Assembly (NCBI GenBank): GCA_052327205.1
Contig: CM126214.1
Span: 21,948,001 to 22,012,000, forward strand
From: Somniosus microcephalus
Lineage: Eukaryota
Length of the DNA stretch: 64,000 nucleotides
Reading direction: 5' to 3'
Part shown: one piece after another, positions 11,754 to 25,274 of the stretch
Numbering within the stretch: the stretch's first letter is position 1
Layout of the letters: each line of letters starts with the position of its first letter
Translations under genes and position numbers: made by a program
Notes under the pieces: model-generated
Database searches by the model: none
The model's input: the letters and a program-made list of their open reading frames with translations, nothing else
What the model was told of the DNA's origin: nothing

Positions 11754-12526
11754 GGCCCGGAATTTGCGGTTGTAATGATGGAGAAACTGTCAGCATTCGC
11801 CGTCATTACTGTGTAAATCTGACAGCAACTTCTGGCGTCTGCACATGCGCAGTTAAACGTGGCAATCCAGATGTTACTGTCAGTGATACCTTGCTTCTCC
11901 ACAGGGTGTGCTATTGCAGTCTTCGCAGATGCAATCAGCACAGAACCAGTGATTTGACATGGACTTAAACTTTTTACGCACTATTCTCGCTGTAAAAACC
12001 ATTGAAAAAGTTAAGCTTTGTTGAATGAGGTGTAACTGAGTTTTTAACAGTGTACTAAGTCATAATTACTGCTGAACAACCTTTCTGGTCCTGAGAAATG
12101 AATTTATTAAATGTGGAGTGTCATTCCCTCCATTCCAGGATAAAAATGTAATTGATTTTTAAATTAATAAAAATTATTAATTTTAAAAATTTCTTTATGA
12201 TATTTCAGCTTCTACCTTAATCCCATGTGTATGGCCTGATCCTTGTTTCGCTTTCTGTAAATTGATTAAAAAGTGAATGATAAAACCTGCATTTTACTTC
12301 CTGGTTTGCTATCTGTGAGAATTCTTCAATGTGGTTGGTTGCTCAGTCTGTTTGATGACATCACTGTTGCCGGACGCCAGAGATCCCATATAGATGGCAC
12401 CAGATGGAAAGTCACGTCGGAAAAGGTGAAATCGACACCACAGAGCCTGCTAAAACTTTGTGGGCAGCTTTCTTTAAGGTCAGTGGTGAGCACCGTCACT
12501 TCGCCACTGACCGCAAAATCTAGGTC
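11754..12526. mobile_element. AT-rich MITE (Harbinger-like)
   Basis: TIRs ggcccggaatttgcggt / accgcaaaatctaggtc. A related copy spans 59568-62334. Confidence 0.7.
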
Positions 12527-13284
12527 ATTAAAATTGTGTTACATTGCACAGGTTCCACTGCAATTTGTTTCTGGTTTCCTTCCATAAGGACTGGGCACAC
12601 TCCAGAACTTCATCCAATTCGCCCATTCTTCATGTGTTGGCCTGGACACTGCCAACTAAGCCTGAACTGACCATTACTGGTCGATGCATACACACTTTCC
12701 AGAAGGGGTCATCATTAGATAGTGATCAAAAGGGGGAACTCTGACTGATTTCCCCCCTTCCAATTAGTGTAATATAGTATAACAACCACCATCCTGAACG
12801 ATATCAGCTGACATAGTGCAGACCAAAGATTGATCCTGGCACATTTCTGGTCTGTGTTTCTTAGTAACATACCTGGTGGTGGCATTAACCCACTGAGCAA
12901 CTGGGGAAGCCCATACAATTCCTTTTCAATGACTATTGAACTTTTATCTCCATAATTCTCCCCGTTCCAATTTTGGAACAGTGTCCCTTCCCTTTTTCAC
13001 TGCGTATCAGTTCTAGAATACCCCATAGCAAAGGGATTGGCACAGTGGGAACCTGGGCAGTTTCACATCTTAGTTGCCAGTAGAAATACAGCTGGAAGGA
13101 CTGTGGGTCCATCCGATGGCAGATATTGGTGAGGTGCAATCTAGGAAATGGTGCTCACTGATTCAAAATTGTCCTTCTCGATGGCTCCACGAGTTTATCC
13201 AGTGAGTAGCTGAAGCACACAGACCAACAAGGTCCCAGGTTCAATGCAAAGACTCAGCTGAAACTGGTTTAGGGAGGTGATATA

Positions 13285-13441
13285 AGGCTAAAGGGATCAA
13301 GGGATATGGGGAGAAGGCAGGGACAGGGTACTGAGTTTGGATGATCAGCCATGATCTCATTGAATGGCGGAGCAGGCTCGAGGGGCCGAATGGCCTACTC
13401 CTGCTCCTATCTTCTATGTACTGTATCTATGTTTCTATGTG
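13285..13441 (+). mobile_element. CR1 LINE 3' end
   Basis: Near-identical to the CR1 terminus at 61920-62059 (gatgatcagccatgatc...ctcctgctcctat, (ttctatg)n). Confidence 0.8.
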
Positions 13442-14370
13442 ATTATTAGTGAGGTTTCCCACTCCCTGGGAAGTACAGTATCAAGTTTTCGCTGTGACCT
13501 TTAAAAGGCCTTCTGCCTTTGCACCTCTGTTGATCAATAATGGACATCTGATATTAGGCATTCTTAATATGTCAGAAATGAGGTACTAATAATAGAACAT
13601 ATAACAGTAGTTCATCACTAGCATTTCATTTAAGTGCACCCAATGCCTTTGGGCGAGTGAATCCGCCAGAGTTTTGACTTCTGGCAGAAAATTGGAAGGG
13701 CTCCAGTATTCCTCCATTACCACACTGACTACAGTCAAAAGTACATAATTGTAAAGCACTTTGGGACATCCTGAGCTTGTGAAAGGCGCTATATAAATGC
13801 AAGTCTTTCTTTTCCTTCTTATTATTGGTCCCCATCCTATTTTCTGATCCAGCCCAGCCCAGTACCACCCAAAACAAGGGGCAATCAATTCACAAAGTCA
13901 TGCTTGAGTGTCATTTGGCTGTGCAACAATTTGGCAGATTGGCTTCCCGAAAGGGGGGTGGTTTGGGATTTGGGACTTCGATAATAGAGCACTACGGACC
14001 CATTCACAGAATCACTCGGGAAATCTCTCGATTGCTTATATGGCCAGTCCATTCCTAATGGTGGGATCACAGCCAAGCCCAATCCTCACCTGATAGCCCC
14101 ACACCAGCACTTTCCAGAAGTAATTATTGGAGAGTGATCAGGAGTAGAAAGCCTGACAGAATTTTCTTGAGACCAATTGTATCACCGCCCCAGCAAAGAT
14201 CAGGTAACTCAGCACCGTCCGGTGTTGCAGCCAGACACCCACCTGGTCTTTAGACAGTGGGTTTCGTAACTGAGCTGGTTGAACAAACCTAATGGGATGG
14301 AAATCCGACTTGGGTGGTAGTGCAAAACAGGCGCTATCGAATCAGCTGCTCGCTATACACCCCGCCCGTT

Positions 14371-15211
14371 GGGGTCGATTTTCATTAAGCTGTCGGGAAG
14401 GAGGCGGGACTGCAACTTTTGGGTTTTAGTCCCGCCTACATCGACGTCCGGCCAATCCACGTGATTTTCCCTTGATTGACCTTGTTGAGCCCACCCAGCG
14501 GGTGCAGCAGGCCAATTAAGGGCCACCCGGCAACAGGTGACATCACAGACTGAAATTTCATCTGTCAAGAGGTCTTGACAGATGAAATATCAGTGTTTCA
14601 CAGGTGTTTGAAGCTGTCAAACACTGACAGTCTGACTTCTAACCTGAGTCCTTCTACGCAGACTCAGTTAGAACTCACACCGGCAATGAAAGCTGAAGGC
14701 TATCACTTTTGACAGATCGCAGCCATTCAGCTTTCAGTGCTGGCTGAGTGATGGACTCCCGACGCCTACAGGAAGAAAGGCTATTAAGGTAAGTACAGGT
14801 AATTTAAACTTCTTTACACACTTTAGACACACCAAACACACTAACCTTTGCACTCATGCACCCATCACTCACCTGAACACCGACATCGCAACCCCTCCAA
14901 GTCCTTCAACCCGACGGCCCGCCTGCTCTAACCTGGCGTGGTTTGGAGTCGTCGGGAATCCCACACGACACCCCTCAAAATAGGGATTAGGCTAAAAACT
15001 GCCTGTTAACTACCTGTTAACAGGCAGTTAATTGGCACTAATCCCTTCCCGCCTCGGGTCAGCGGGTCCCAGTGCGGGGTGGGTACCTGCCTCCTGTGAA
15101 ACTTACGTGGAGGCGGGTTTTGGGCGGGATGGTGCCGGGACCCCCGAATTCGGGATTTTTGCCCCCCGCCCGCCTAAAAGCCCGCCTCACGGCACACTGA
15201 AAATCTAGGCC
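14371..15211. mobile_element. MITE nested in an older short MITE (~14295-15280)
   Basis: TIRs ggggtcgattttca / tgaaaatctaggcc. GC-rich subterminal regions and internal palindromes. Confidence 0.6.
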
Positions 15212-17549
15212 ATTGACTTGAATAGAACTGATGGGTGGTCGATATCTCCCGCTTAGCGCTAGCGCCCCAAACTATTTTTACTGCAATGAATAAAGTAAGA
15301 TGGCAGTATTCTAAAAAGCCACACAAGCTGCCTTCAGTATCTGACACGGCTAGCTCAAATGTAAAGCGCACTTTATTCACAATAATAAGCAAGAAGAATT
15401 GACGTTCCAGTTCATAGGAGTATCTGGACTTCTTTAAGTTCAAAGCGATTGGTCTTATCACATCGCTGCCATGGGTTGCATCAGTACTGTGTAATTCTTT
15501 TGACATCTATGTGCAGCCGTGACTCATAAATCTCGAGCTTGTTAATCCATCTGCCTTAAATTTTAGCACCATGTTGTGAAAAACAAACCTGTATGATGGG
15601 ATTAAAGGAAGATCAGGAGAAAAGTCAAGGACAAGAAAAGGCCAGCCAGCTCACCCCCGCACCTCATCTCTCTGGTATTCCAACTCTCCCGGCCCACCAT
15701 CCAACTGTCCTTTGAATGGCCTATCTCTCCTACTCAGCCTGGCACTTTATTTGCTTGAAGAAGTTCCTCTAGTATCTGATCTCAATTTATTTGAACTGGA
15801 ATATATTCATCACTTCTGGTACTATTAGTTAACTTTATTTCAAAGTAGGATTGACCTTACTTTAACCATTTAACTTTTTTAATATTTCACTAACCCCCAC
15901 TGTGTTTACTAAAACAGCTATTGCTATGATACTAAAGAGCGAGCTTGTATTTATATATTGCTTTTCACGTCCTCAAGATGTGCCAAAGTGCTTCACAACC
16001 AGAGATTTACTATTATTTTTTAAGTGTATTAAAAGAGAGGCTATGGCGCGGGGCTGTGTGAAGTATGAGGGTTTTCCCACCAGTGGACTGCCGATAAATA
16101 TTCTTCACACATCACAGCTGTACATACATGTTTCGATTCACCATGCTGTAATTTACACTTTAAAAATATCCACACACCCATTGTCCACACTCAATTGTCC
16201 GCCTGAACTTTCATGGCAGTTGGATAGGAATACCAAGTGGAATCAAGCCTGCCAGAACTTTTTTTTAAATGACAATCTTCAGTTTAAAATAAAACAAGAG
16301 AAGTTTACGAAATTCATTCAAAGCACCTGTTGAAAGAGGATTTGGGAATTCTCGATTATCTACCAGTTTTATATTATCCAGCAGGAGGGATTCCCTCCAT
16401 TATGGCAGATAATTGATACTCTTTTCAAATGGTACTTTGCAAAAAAAAAAATCGAAATCTTTGCTGCTCCCAGATACTTGGTCTAGCACCAACCAGGCAG
16501 AGGCCCAGAGAGCATTGTAAATGTCACAGAGAAAGAAATGTCTTTAAATGTCATAGGTGCCTCTCCCTTTTATGCAAACAACTCTTATCGCTGCAATTCG
16601 AGACAGGGTCGAAGCTGGAGCAGACTGGTGGCCAGAAGTCCCGCCTGCACCACATTTGCAGTGGCGGAGAGAGTGGGGGTGTTGAGGCATTTGAGGCCCA
16701 AGTTGTTCACAGAATCCAGGTTCAACTTTACGCTGGAACCAGTCTTCAGTTGTATCATTTAAACCATAACTGTGACAAGGAGTGAAGAAGTCAAAACAAA
16801 ACAAAAAATTGAATGAAATAAGTGAGGACTGAAAGCTCTGATCTGGAGTTAAGGGAACAGCTGAGAAACGTCACCACATTTCTGTAAATTACCAGGAGCC
16901 CCTGCACTTGTTTTTTTTTAAAAGCCAAGAAAGTTACCAACAAATGTTAAGTATTAAGCTGATTTTTATCAATTAGATTAACTAACTCCTTAGTATTATG
17001 TTGGCCCAGTGTAGGAAATACTTTACCGTTAAGTAAAGATACAAGTACTGCAAAATCTGTGAAGGAAAAATACAGTGAGTCAAAATGTTTCAGTGAGCAT
17101 ATTTCAATTCTGGTTTCATACTATATTAATCCGCAAGTATAGGTCACACATGAAATATATGGGGGAGGATGTAATTTACAAGTCACGTAAAAATGTCACC
17201 AAAGTCTACAAAGAGCATGCAGCCTATACTAGCGTGTGACTTATTGATTTACTAATAGTGTGTGATCATGTGGAGAAGGCTTACATCTAACTCTATCCTT
17301 ACGGGACTCTTCAGGATTTTCTGTTTAATGCGTTAGTGCAGAATGATGGACACTGTTGAGACTAGTATTGTGACTCAGTTCAGGGTTCATTACTTCGAAC
17401 AAGGTGACCAGGCTTTTGAACTGAAATCCAGCCAAGACGTACGTATCCTTTTAATGGCCATACCTTTCCAAAAACAGCTCTCTCAATCAAATGCTTGGAC
17501 GTCACATAACAACTGATCAGGGCTGTGGAACAGACCAGTCAAAAAATGT

Positions 17550-17960
17550 GATAGCAAAATACTGCGGATGCTGGAAATCCGAAATAACAACAGAAAATGC
17601 TGGAAAAACTCAGCAGGCCAGGGCAGCATCCGTGGAGAGAGAAACCGAGTTAACGTTTCAGGTCAATGAACCTTCGTCAGAACTAGAAAAAAGCAGGAAA
17701 GGGAATAGGTTTTAAAGCAAATTGGGAGCTGGGAAAAGGGGGAGGGGATGAAAAAACAAAAGGGAAGGTCAGAGATAGGATAGAAAGCAGGAGAGGTTAA
17801 GAGACATAGAGAGACATTGAACGCCAGAGGAGGTGGTGATGGGACAGGTAAAGGAACAAAGGATGGCTCAAGATGAAGTGTGAATGGCGCTGGCAGAATG
17901 AAGGACAGCTGCCATGTGGGAGGGAAGAAAGAAGGCCAGACGAAAGTGTGGATTAAAAAA
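17550..17960 (-). mobile_element. Penelope-like element pLTR fragment
   Basis: Homologous to 7480-7830 and 58134-58373. Confidence 0.75.
17648..17684 (-). ncRNA. Minimal type-I hammerhead ribozyme motif (Penelope-associated)
   Basis: AGUU-CUGACGA-AGGU(ucauug)ACCU-GAAAC-GUU-AACU. The core is complete, with helix I, helix II and a loopless palindromic helix III. Confidence 0.7.
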
Positions 17961-19323
17961 AAAATTAATTATATACAGTCAAAAAATAAACTGATCAAAC
18001 TGGGGCATTTGATCACCCTAATTTAGAAGGTAAGACGCACACACAAAGACCATGAATCAACGCCCTCCCTCTGCCGGTTTCTGTGTGGAACTGGGGTGGA
18101 AAATGAGACATGATGAGCTCTGCTGCATCCCCATCCACAAAGTGATGGGTGACATTTTAATATATCTGCCCATATAGGCATATTGACAGAAATACATCAA
18201 CAAACATATCTTTTACGATTTGACCTGGAACAATGCCTGCTCATCCCTGGCATCCAGTGTCGCTATGGCAGTGGAGGGGCAATCTAACTTTGTACAGCTT
18301 GAAAACTTGCACAGTTGATCACCGAAAGACGGCCCAGTTTACCATCAATTTGAAAGAGGCGTAATACTAGTTTTTGTTTCTAATCTTTATCTGTCACATT
18401 TCATCACAGGTTCATACAAAAAAGTCACTCATTTCATGCTGGGTTCTTCTGACCTGGAGTCTGAAATTTACAAGCATATATCTGTCCTTTAATTGACTTC
18501 AGGGGTTTACAGGCAGCTACAACTGCCTGGATTTACCTATATACCACTTCACCACATGGATCACTTGAGAAGTGGAGTGGCCTTAAAGGGAAAGCAGCAT
18601 TAGTAGCTAAACATCACAACTGTGCTCCGCACACCAGATTATTCATGAGCCATGTCACAGGAGATCGGCTAATATTAATAAAAGAACATCTTCTGCAATG
18701 ATAACACTGGTTTTCTATTTCGGACCTGACACAGTCTTTCAGACATTAGGACAGATGTCCTCAAGGGTGTGTCAATATTAGCAAGAGGGCCTCCATAGTA
18801 TGTCAGTATTTGTAAGGATAGCCAAGAGTATGTCAATATTTGCAAGAGGTCCCTACACAGAAAAGTTTGTAAACCACTGCTCCAGCCAGCTGACGAATAG
18901 TATTGTCCAATGTGACTCATTCACTAAGTTTGGGCATAACTGACGAGAAAAATGGAGTGAGATCTGTTATGTCAAAATACCTCCATTTAGCGCCCCATTC
19001 AATTACCTTGTCAGGTTTTGTACTGGTGCCAGAAGGACCTACCCATTTTATTAAAATCAGGCAGCAATTTCCAGTTTTGAGTTCTGACGATGGGTCCATA
19101 GCTGATATGTCAACTCATTTGTTCTCTTCACAGATGCTGCCTGACCTGCTGAATGTTTACAGCATTTTCTGTTTCTGTTTAACCAATTACATCATTTAGT
19201 GTCCACACAGTTTCCCAACGTTTATGCTTGTATAGCACTCAGTCATCAATCCGCCCATAACAGATGGGCGTTCACAGGTGCTAGAAGGTGTTTACAGGTT
19301 GGTCCTCATCAATATGCGTGCAT

Positions 19324-19784
19324 GGGAACGGTAGCATAACAGTTGTGTTACTGGACTAGTAATCCAGAGGCCTGGTTTAATGATCCAGAGACATGAGTTC
19401 AAATCCCACCATGGCAGCTGGGAAGTTTAAATTCAGTGAATTAAATAACACTGGAATAAAAAGCCAATATCAGTAATGGTGACCATGAAACTACCGGATT
19501 GTCATAAAACCCCATCTGGTTCACTAATGTCCTTTAGGGAAGGAAATCTGCCGTCCTTACCTGGTCTGGCCTATATGTGACTCCAGACCCACAGCAATGT
19601 GGTCGATTCTTAACTGCCCACTGAAATGGCCTAGTGAGCCACTCAATTGTACCACACCGTGACAACACAGACTGCAGTGGTTCAAGAAGGCAGCTCACTA
19701 CCACCTTCTCAAGGGCAAGTAGGGGTGGGCAATAAATGATGGCCTTGCCAGCGATGCCCACATCCCGTAAATGAATAAAAAAAA
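19324..19784 (+). mobile_element. Full-length tRNA-derived SINE with LINE-derived tail
   Basis: B box GAGTTCAAATCC and A-rich end. Last ~110 nt match the LINE 3' end at 20845-20955. Confidence 0.75.
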
Positions 19785-20844
19785 TCAGTGTCAAATTCCA
19801 TAGTTACGACCCTGCTACCATTTTCGTCTCTGCCCGCTGGATTACGGCCAGTTCCTGCTCCCGCCCACCAAACATGGGTGGTAGAAGTCGGGAGGCAGCC
19901 ATGCCCATTGTGAACATCATTCAAGGAAGCCTTAGCTACAGCTACAGTCAGGTAATGCTGGAAGCATGTTTGGCACTCATTCTAACTGCAGTCGTTTGTG
20001 GGTTTTGAGCCTTAAAGGCTTCCATATTTAATCTCCCTGCTGCTTTAAGTGCTGCAAAAATATGGCCTGCTGCTCAAAACTGGTGGTTCCTCTCGCGCCC
20101 AATATTTCCACCCCTCCCCTTTAAGGTGCTGCTGTCTGTAGGCAGTTTAAAATCAGCTGCCCCGTTCGATTTCCGACCCGCAGATCAGCGAGCTGCCTTT
20201 CACTTTGGCGGCTCACCAAAGTCATGGAAATGAGGGCCAACCGCAAAAAAAGGTTTACGTTGGAATCGAAAATCACCCCCCTTGTCTCAATATTTGTTTG
20301 TGACATTTCAAGCCACTTCAGATCTGTATGTTTAATGATGTAAACTGCTTCCCCAGTCTTCTAAATTGACATAAAAAATGTGGAGCTCTCAAATCATTAG
20401 TGAAAATTGCATAACCCGTTAGCCGCTTTCTGCAGTCGATGTTTTATGGCGTGGCATGTAGCACATTTGTGAGGCATTTGCTTCTGCATAGATACGCTGG
20501 AATTCACCGTGGTCCTGATCCTTGAAGTTTGCAGTCGGTAATCAGAAATGTAGCTGAGAATGTCTGGTGTGAAGGGAGCTGTCTGGCAAGGACCTGCATG
20601 ACAGCTGCTACATAAACATTTGTCACTTTTGGTTTTTAATTGCAAAATTTACTAATTGGCAAGGAAAGAATTTATCACAAGGTTATCAAAAAATTAGCCC
20701 ATTATTTAGAGGCAGAAGGGAGAAGTGAGTAAATACTATTGGTTCCACTTCTGTTTTAGTCACTTTTCTGTCTGAACCTAGAAAATATCCTTCCCTTGTC
20801 CCGATTCAATTCAATTAACCTCTCCTACCATTGTTATTCTTCTT

Positions 20845-21080
20845 TTATTCATTCTTAGTAAGTGGGCGTCGCTGGCAAGGCCAGTATTTATTGCCCATCC
20901 CTAATTGCCCTTGAGAAGGTGGTGGTGAGCCGTCTTCTTGAACCGCTGCAGTCCGTGTGGTGAAGGTACTCCCACAGTGCTGTTAGATAGGGAGTTCCAG
21001 GATTTAGACCCAGCGACGATGAAGGAATGGCGACATATGTTCAAGTCAGGGTGGTGCGTGACATGGAAGGGGACTTAAGA
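20845..21080 (-). mobile_element. CR1-group LINE 3' end
   Basis: Reverse strand encodes ...SWNSLSNSTVGVPSPHGLQRFKKTAHHHLLKG, followed by AATAAA and the tail. Confidence 0.65.
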
Positions 21081-21889
21081 GGTGATTATGATTGTATCCA
21101 GAGGGTCTCCTCTTTACAAAACTCAGGCTTAGAGCCCCCTAGATGGTTCAGCTGGTTAAGCCCATCAGCAGATTTGATCACTGGTGTGTGCCGATTTCAA
21201 CTGGGATGCTGGAGAAGCACTACAATTGGTTACTCAGCACCGCTGGGCTAGGGAAGGTTCCCATTCCTATTCCCTGTCCAGCAACCCATAATAGCAGAGC
21301 ATACATATGGATGTCAGGTCGGGTCAGGTCAAAACTGGCTCAGCTCTGATGCCTGTGGCTATCAAACACCTACTGACACTCACCTGGGCTTGCACATTAA
21401 GGTTAGCCACATGGGCAAGTACTGAGTGCCGACATCCTTGGAACCATATTCTAACAAAGTATCAAAACCTTTGGCGGGGGAACTGGCATAAAAAGTGAGC
21501 AAAATAGGACTGAAGTCTGGTAGCTCCCAATGGCTCAGTGGGTAATACGCCATGTGGTCTGCTACTAAGCCTAACAGAACAGCAGGTTCTAGTTTTGATT
21601 CCTGGTCTGTGCTGATCTACCGTCCCCGAGTTGACATTCACTGTCTGGGCTCATGCGTGAAGAATGGGCACTTGGGCAATGAGCTGAACTGTTCCCCAGC
21701 AGGAGTCAATGCCTTTGGAGATTAGGAGCTTCCATTGGAGAAAGGCTATACCATTTACACTGCTATGGATCATGGTGGGTGCACTGTCCCCCTACAGGTA
21801 TGTCTTGTTCCTGGGAATCACATATACTCACTCATATTGCATAAACATGAGTATTATTTTGATATGCCCATTGAATTACAGAGAAATTG

Positions 21890-23100
21890 CAACATAGAAA
21901 CAAACCATTTGGCCCAACCAGTCCATGTTAGTACAATAGCAAAATACTGCAGATGCTGGAAATCCGAAATAACAACAGAAAATGCTGTGTTAGTGTTAGT
22001 GTTTGTCCTAGACCTGAGCAGAAGTCTTAACTCCATGTGCCACTCTGTTCCTATTATTTCCCTTTCCTTCATCCACCTATCTAACCTATATTCTTATATG
22101 TTGACGTGGTCTCTGTTTCAATCACTAACTCCAGTAGTGCATTCCACAGCCTCGCACACTATGTAAAATCATTTCTCCTGCTCTCTGTACTAAAGCTCTT
22201 ACATTAATTCTTACATTTATGTCCCCTGGTTCTTAAACCCCTCAATCACTGGAAACAATCTGCTCTGTCCCATGCCTTCATAATATCAAACACTTCTATC
22301 AAATCACTCCTTAACCTCCTTTGTTCTAATAAAAATAACCCCAATTTTTCAAGTCCTTCATTGTTTTATTTTGTAAACAAGGCAGCATCTTAGTGAATCT
22401 ATTGCTTCAAAATCCTTCCTATAGTGTGGAGACCAAAACTACACACAATATGCCACCTGTGGTCTTACTAAAGTTTTATACAGATTCTCCATTACATTTG
22501 GACTTTTGTATTCTACAGCTCTTGCTATAAAGTCCAGTATTCTATTAGCTTTCTTTATAGCCTTATCCAGCTGAGGTGCTGCTTTTAAAGTCTTGTGAAC
22601 CTGAATGCCCAAATCCCTCTGCTCTTCCACATCACACAGCTTTTTCCCATTTGTAGTATAATTACTACTGTTTTTAACAAAATGTAACACCTCAAATAAA
22701 CTGTCATTGAATTCCATCTACCACTTTTTGGCCATTCCACCATCTTAACAATATCCCCTTCTAGCTTCCTTTGGTCCTTAAAGTTATTTTCTGTGCCTCC
22801 TATTTTAGTATCACTGAAAATGTGGACATCAATCTCACTAGCCCTATACCCAAATCATTGATACACAGTGAACTGAAGCAATCCCAGAACAGACCCTGTG
22901 GGACACCACTACCTACTTCCAACCACATTGAGAGACTGACCTTCATTTCTCTTCTGTCTGTTCCCTTCTAACTAGTTTTTAATGCTCCCTGCAATTCCAT
23001 ACTCCTTAATCTTCTCCAATTGTCACCTGTGTGGCTCCTTGTCAAAGGCTTTCTGAAAGTCCACGTACACCACATCCACTGCATTTCCCTAAATGGATCT
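21890..23100 (-). mobile_element. Decayed CR1 LINE (RT and C-terminal region)
   Basis: ORF fragments QRDLGIQVHKTLKA...KANRILDFI...LYKTLVRPQ, plus frameshifted DFQKAFDK and GVPQGS-like motifs. Confidence 0.8.
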
Positions 23101-24902
23101 CGGTAGATTGGGCTGGGTGGCGAGTGTGAAACGCACTCACTAGGTTTCCAGCCCAGGTATTTTAACTCCCAGACCTCACTTAAATTCTGGCAGTACACTT
23201 CCCATCCAGGAGGGAAGAGGGCACCGATCGACTGCCAGTAGGGGAAGATGGGGCAGCCAAGGGCAGTCCACCAACTTCCAGCTTAAGTGGCACTTCTGCT
23301 CCTCCTGGCCCCTACAAAGCAAGCGTGATTACACTTCAAAAGTACCTTATTGGCTGTGAAGGATGTGAAAAACAATGTATAAACACAAATTCTTTTAACA
23401 CACCACCTATTACAAACATTACACATTAACGAAGATATAGTAAATAGTACAGCATCAAATTAGATCTTATGATACTGTACTAAACTGATAAGCTTTTAAT
23501 CAAGGATTGGGATTGTAAAACCAGTCATGGCATTCATGACTCATGAATAATCTGGGATCTGGAGCATGGTTGTAATAGTTGGCCACTAACATGTCCTGTG
23601 CCTTTAAAGTCACTTAATAGGCAAATTGAGATTATTGTAGCTACTTATAAACTGATCAATGAGAGGCCAGTTGTAACTGTTTGTAATGTTTTGGCTCCAA
23701 TACAATGACTGGAGTTCTATTTTCTTAAGATTGTTTTGCATCTCGAATAAAGAATGGCATTTGGTGTGTGACAGATGCCTGCTTGATGCAAAGGGGTCAA
23801 AATTCCAATGGGCCCACTATGCTGGTGGAAGTGAGGCGGAGCGCAACGTACGGTCACCCAAATTGAAGGATTCCGACCCCATCCCAAATTGCAGGAATGG
23901 GATCATTCGCAGGTCTGAGGACGTATCAGAGGTGTCTGCACCGCTCTGCCTGCTAGATGGAACAGCACCTAGTCTGCCCCAAGGCTCTTCTGGTACTAGA
24001 TTGTGCCTCCAGGCCCAAAGAGAAGCCATCACTGAAAGATCTTCAGTTCCAATGGGAGCCATAAATCTAGCAGCATGAGGTGACAAATTCCCTTACTTCT
24101 AGCAAGGTCTGGAGCATAAATTGCACTGAGGTGTTTCAAAGATTAAAAGAGTAGAATTCCCAGGATAGCCTGAGGCCTCCCCAGACACTTTCCCCCTTGC
24201 TGTGGAGAGATCAAATAGAACATCTGCCCATGGTCCCTCTATTGGTAAATGATTGGACCAAACTCCAGATGTAATCTGGTTTGCCCCATTTTCCGGTCCC
24301 CAGTTCATTTCCGTTAAGGTGTAGGTGTGTGCCTGGTTAAGGCCGAGAGGTGTAATTGTTCTGCATTCTTGAGATCAGTGGTTTGGTCAGTTAAAGGTCA
24401 GCCTGGCATTCCTTTTGTTAAGTGTTGAAGATCACAATGTCGAATAGTTGAGTAAACAGATATCAATCAAAGCTTTATTGTCAGGGAATTTTGTGAAGTG
24501 GAAAATGCTCCTCAGTAACAGGTGCAGTCAACTTTTCCTCCTTAAGATTGTTTTGCATTTGTCACATAAGTGTGTGAGAGCGAGGTATATAAAGTAATTA
24601 TCACTGCACTTTGGGGGTTATGTAGTAAAGCACCTAGATAATAGACATTAGTTTGTAAATGCACCATCCGGTTTGAAACCGAGCAGGAAGATCCCAGATT
24701 TGTGCTCAGTTATCCACACAGCCAATATAGGGCAATAACTATGTAACCCAGATTCTCCTTTCCATTTGCCGTCCAATAACTCTTATTGGAAAGTACGTAT
24801 GTATATCAGATGAGGAGACTGAGCTCTGATGCACTGCAGCCTTCCCAACGCTATCTCTGCTCAATGAAAAAAGACTATTTGGATGGCCACTTGGGAGTCA
24901 AT

Positions 24903-25166
24903 AGCCTACAAATTCATCTCTGGCGGTGGCGCAAAACGGGCGGTAACGGATCAGCTGCCCGTTAAATGCTGCACCTGATACTCAGACCCACAATGGAATG
25001 AATAGCCGGCACTGCAGAAAACGGGCGGCCGATCTGATACCACCCGTTAAACGCGGCACCTAATCCTCAGACCTACAAATGGAATGAATATTAGGCGCTG
25101 CAGACATTGGGTGGACCATCCGATACCGCCCGTTTCGTGCCAACGCCCATGACGAATTTCTCGGCC
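24903..25166. mobile_element. Short MITE with internal 85-bp direct repeat, just downstream of the MIDN polyA site
   Basis: TIR-like agcctacaaattc / gaatttctcggcc and TSD AAT. Repeat units start at 24958 and 25043. Confidence 0.55.
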
Positions 25167-25199
25167 AATATCTTCAGGCAGAGGAAAAAGAAAACATGA

Positions 25200-25274
25200 G
25201 AATAAATGTGCAATAAAAAATACACAAAACAAGGAACAAGACATATGTTTATCACCAACATTTGGTCTTTTATT
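25200..25274 (-). terminator. Distal polyadenylation signal with downstream GU/U-rich element
   Basis: Minus-strand AATAAA at 25274-25269, followed by tgtcttgttccttgttttgtgtatttttt. Confidence 0.7.
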
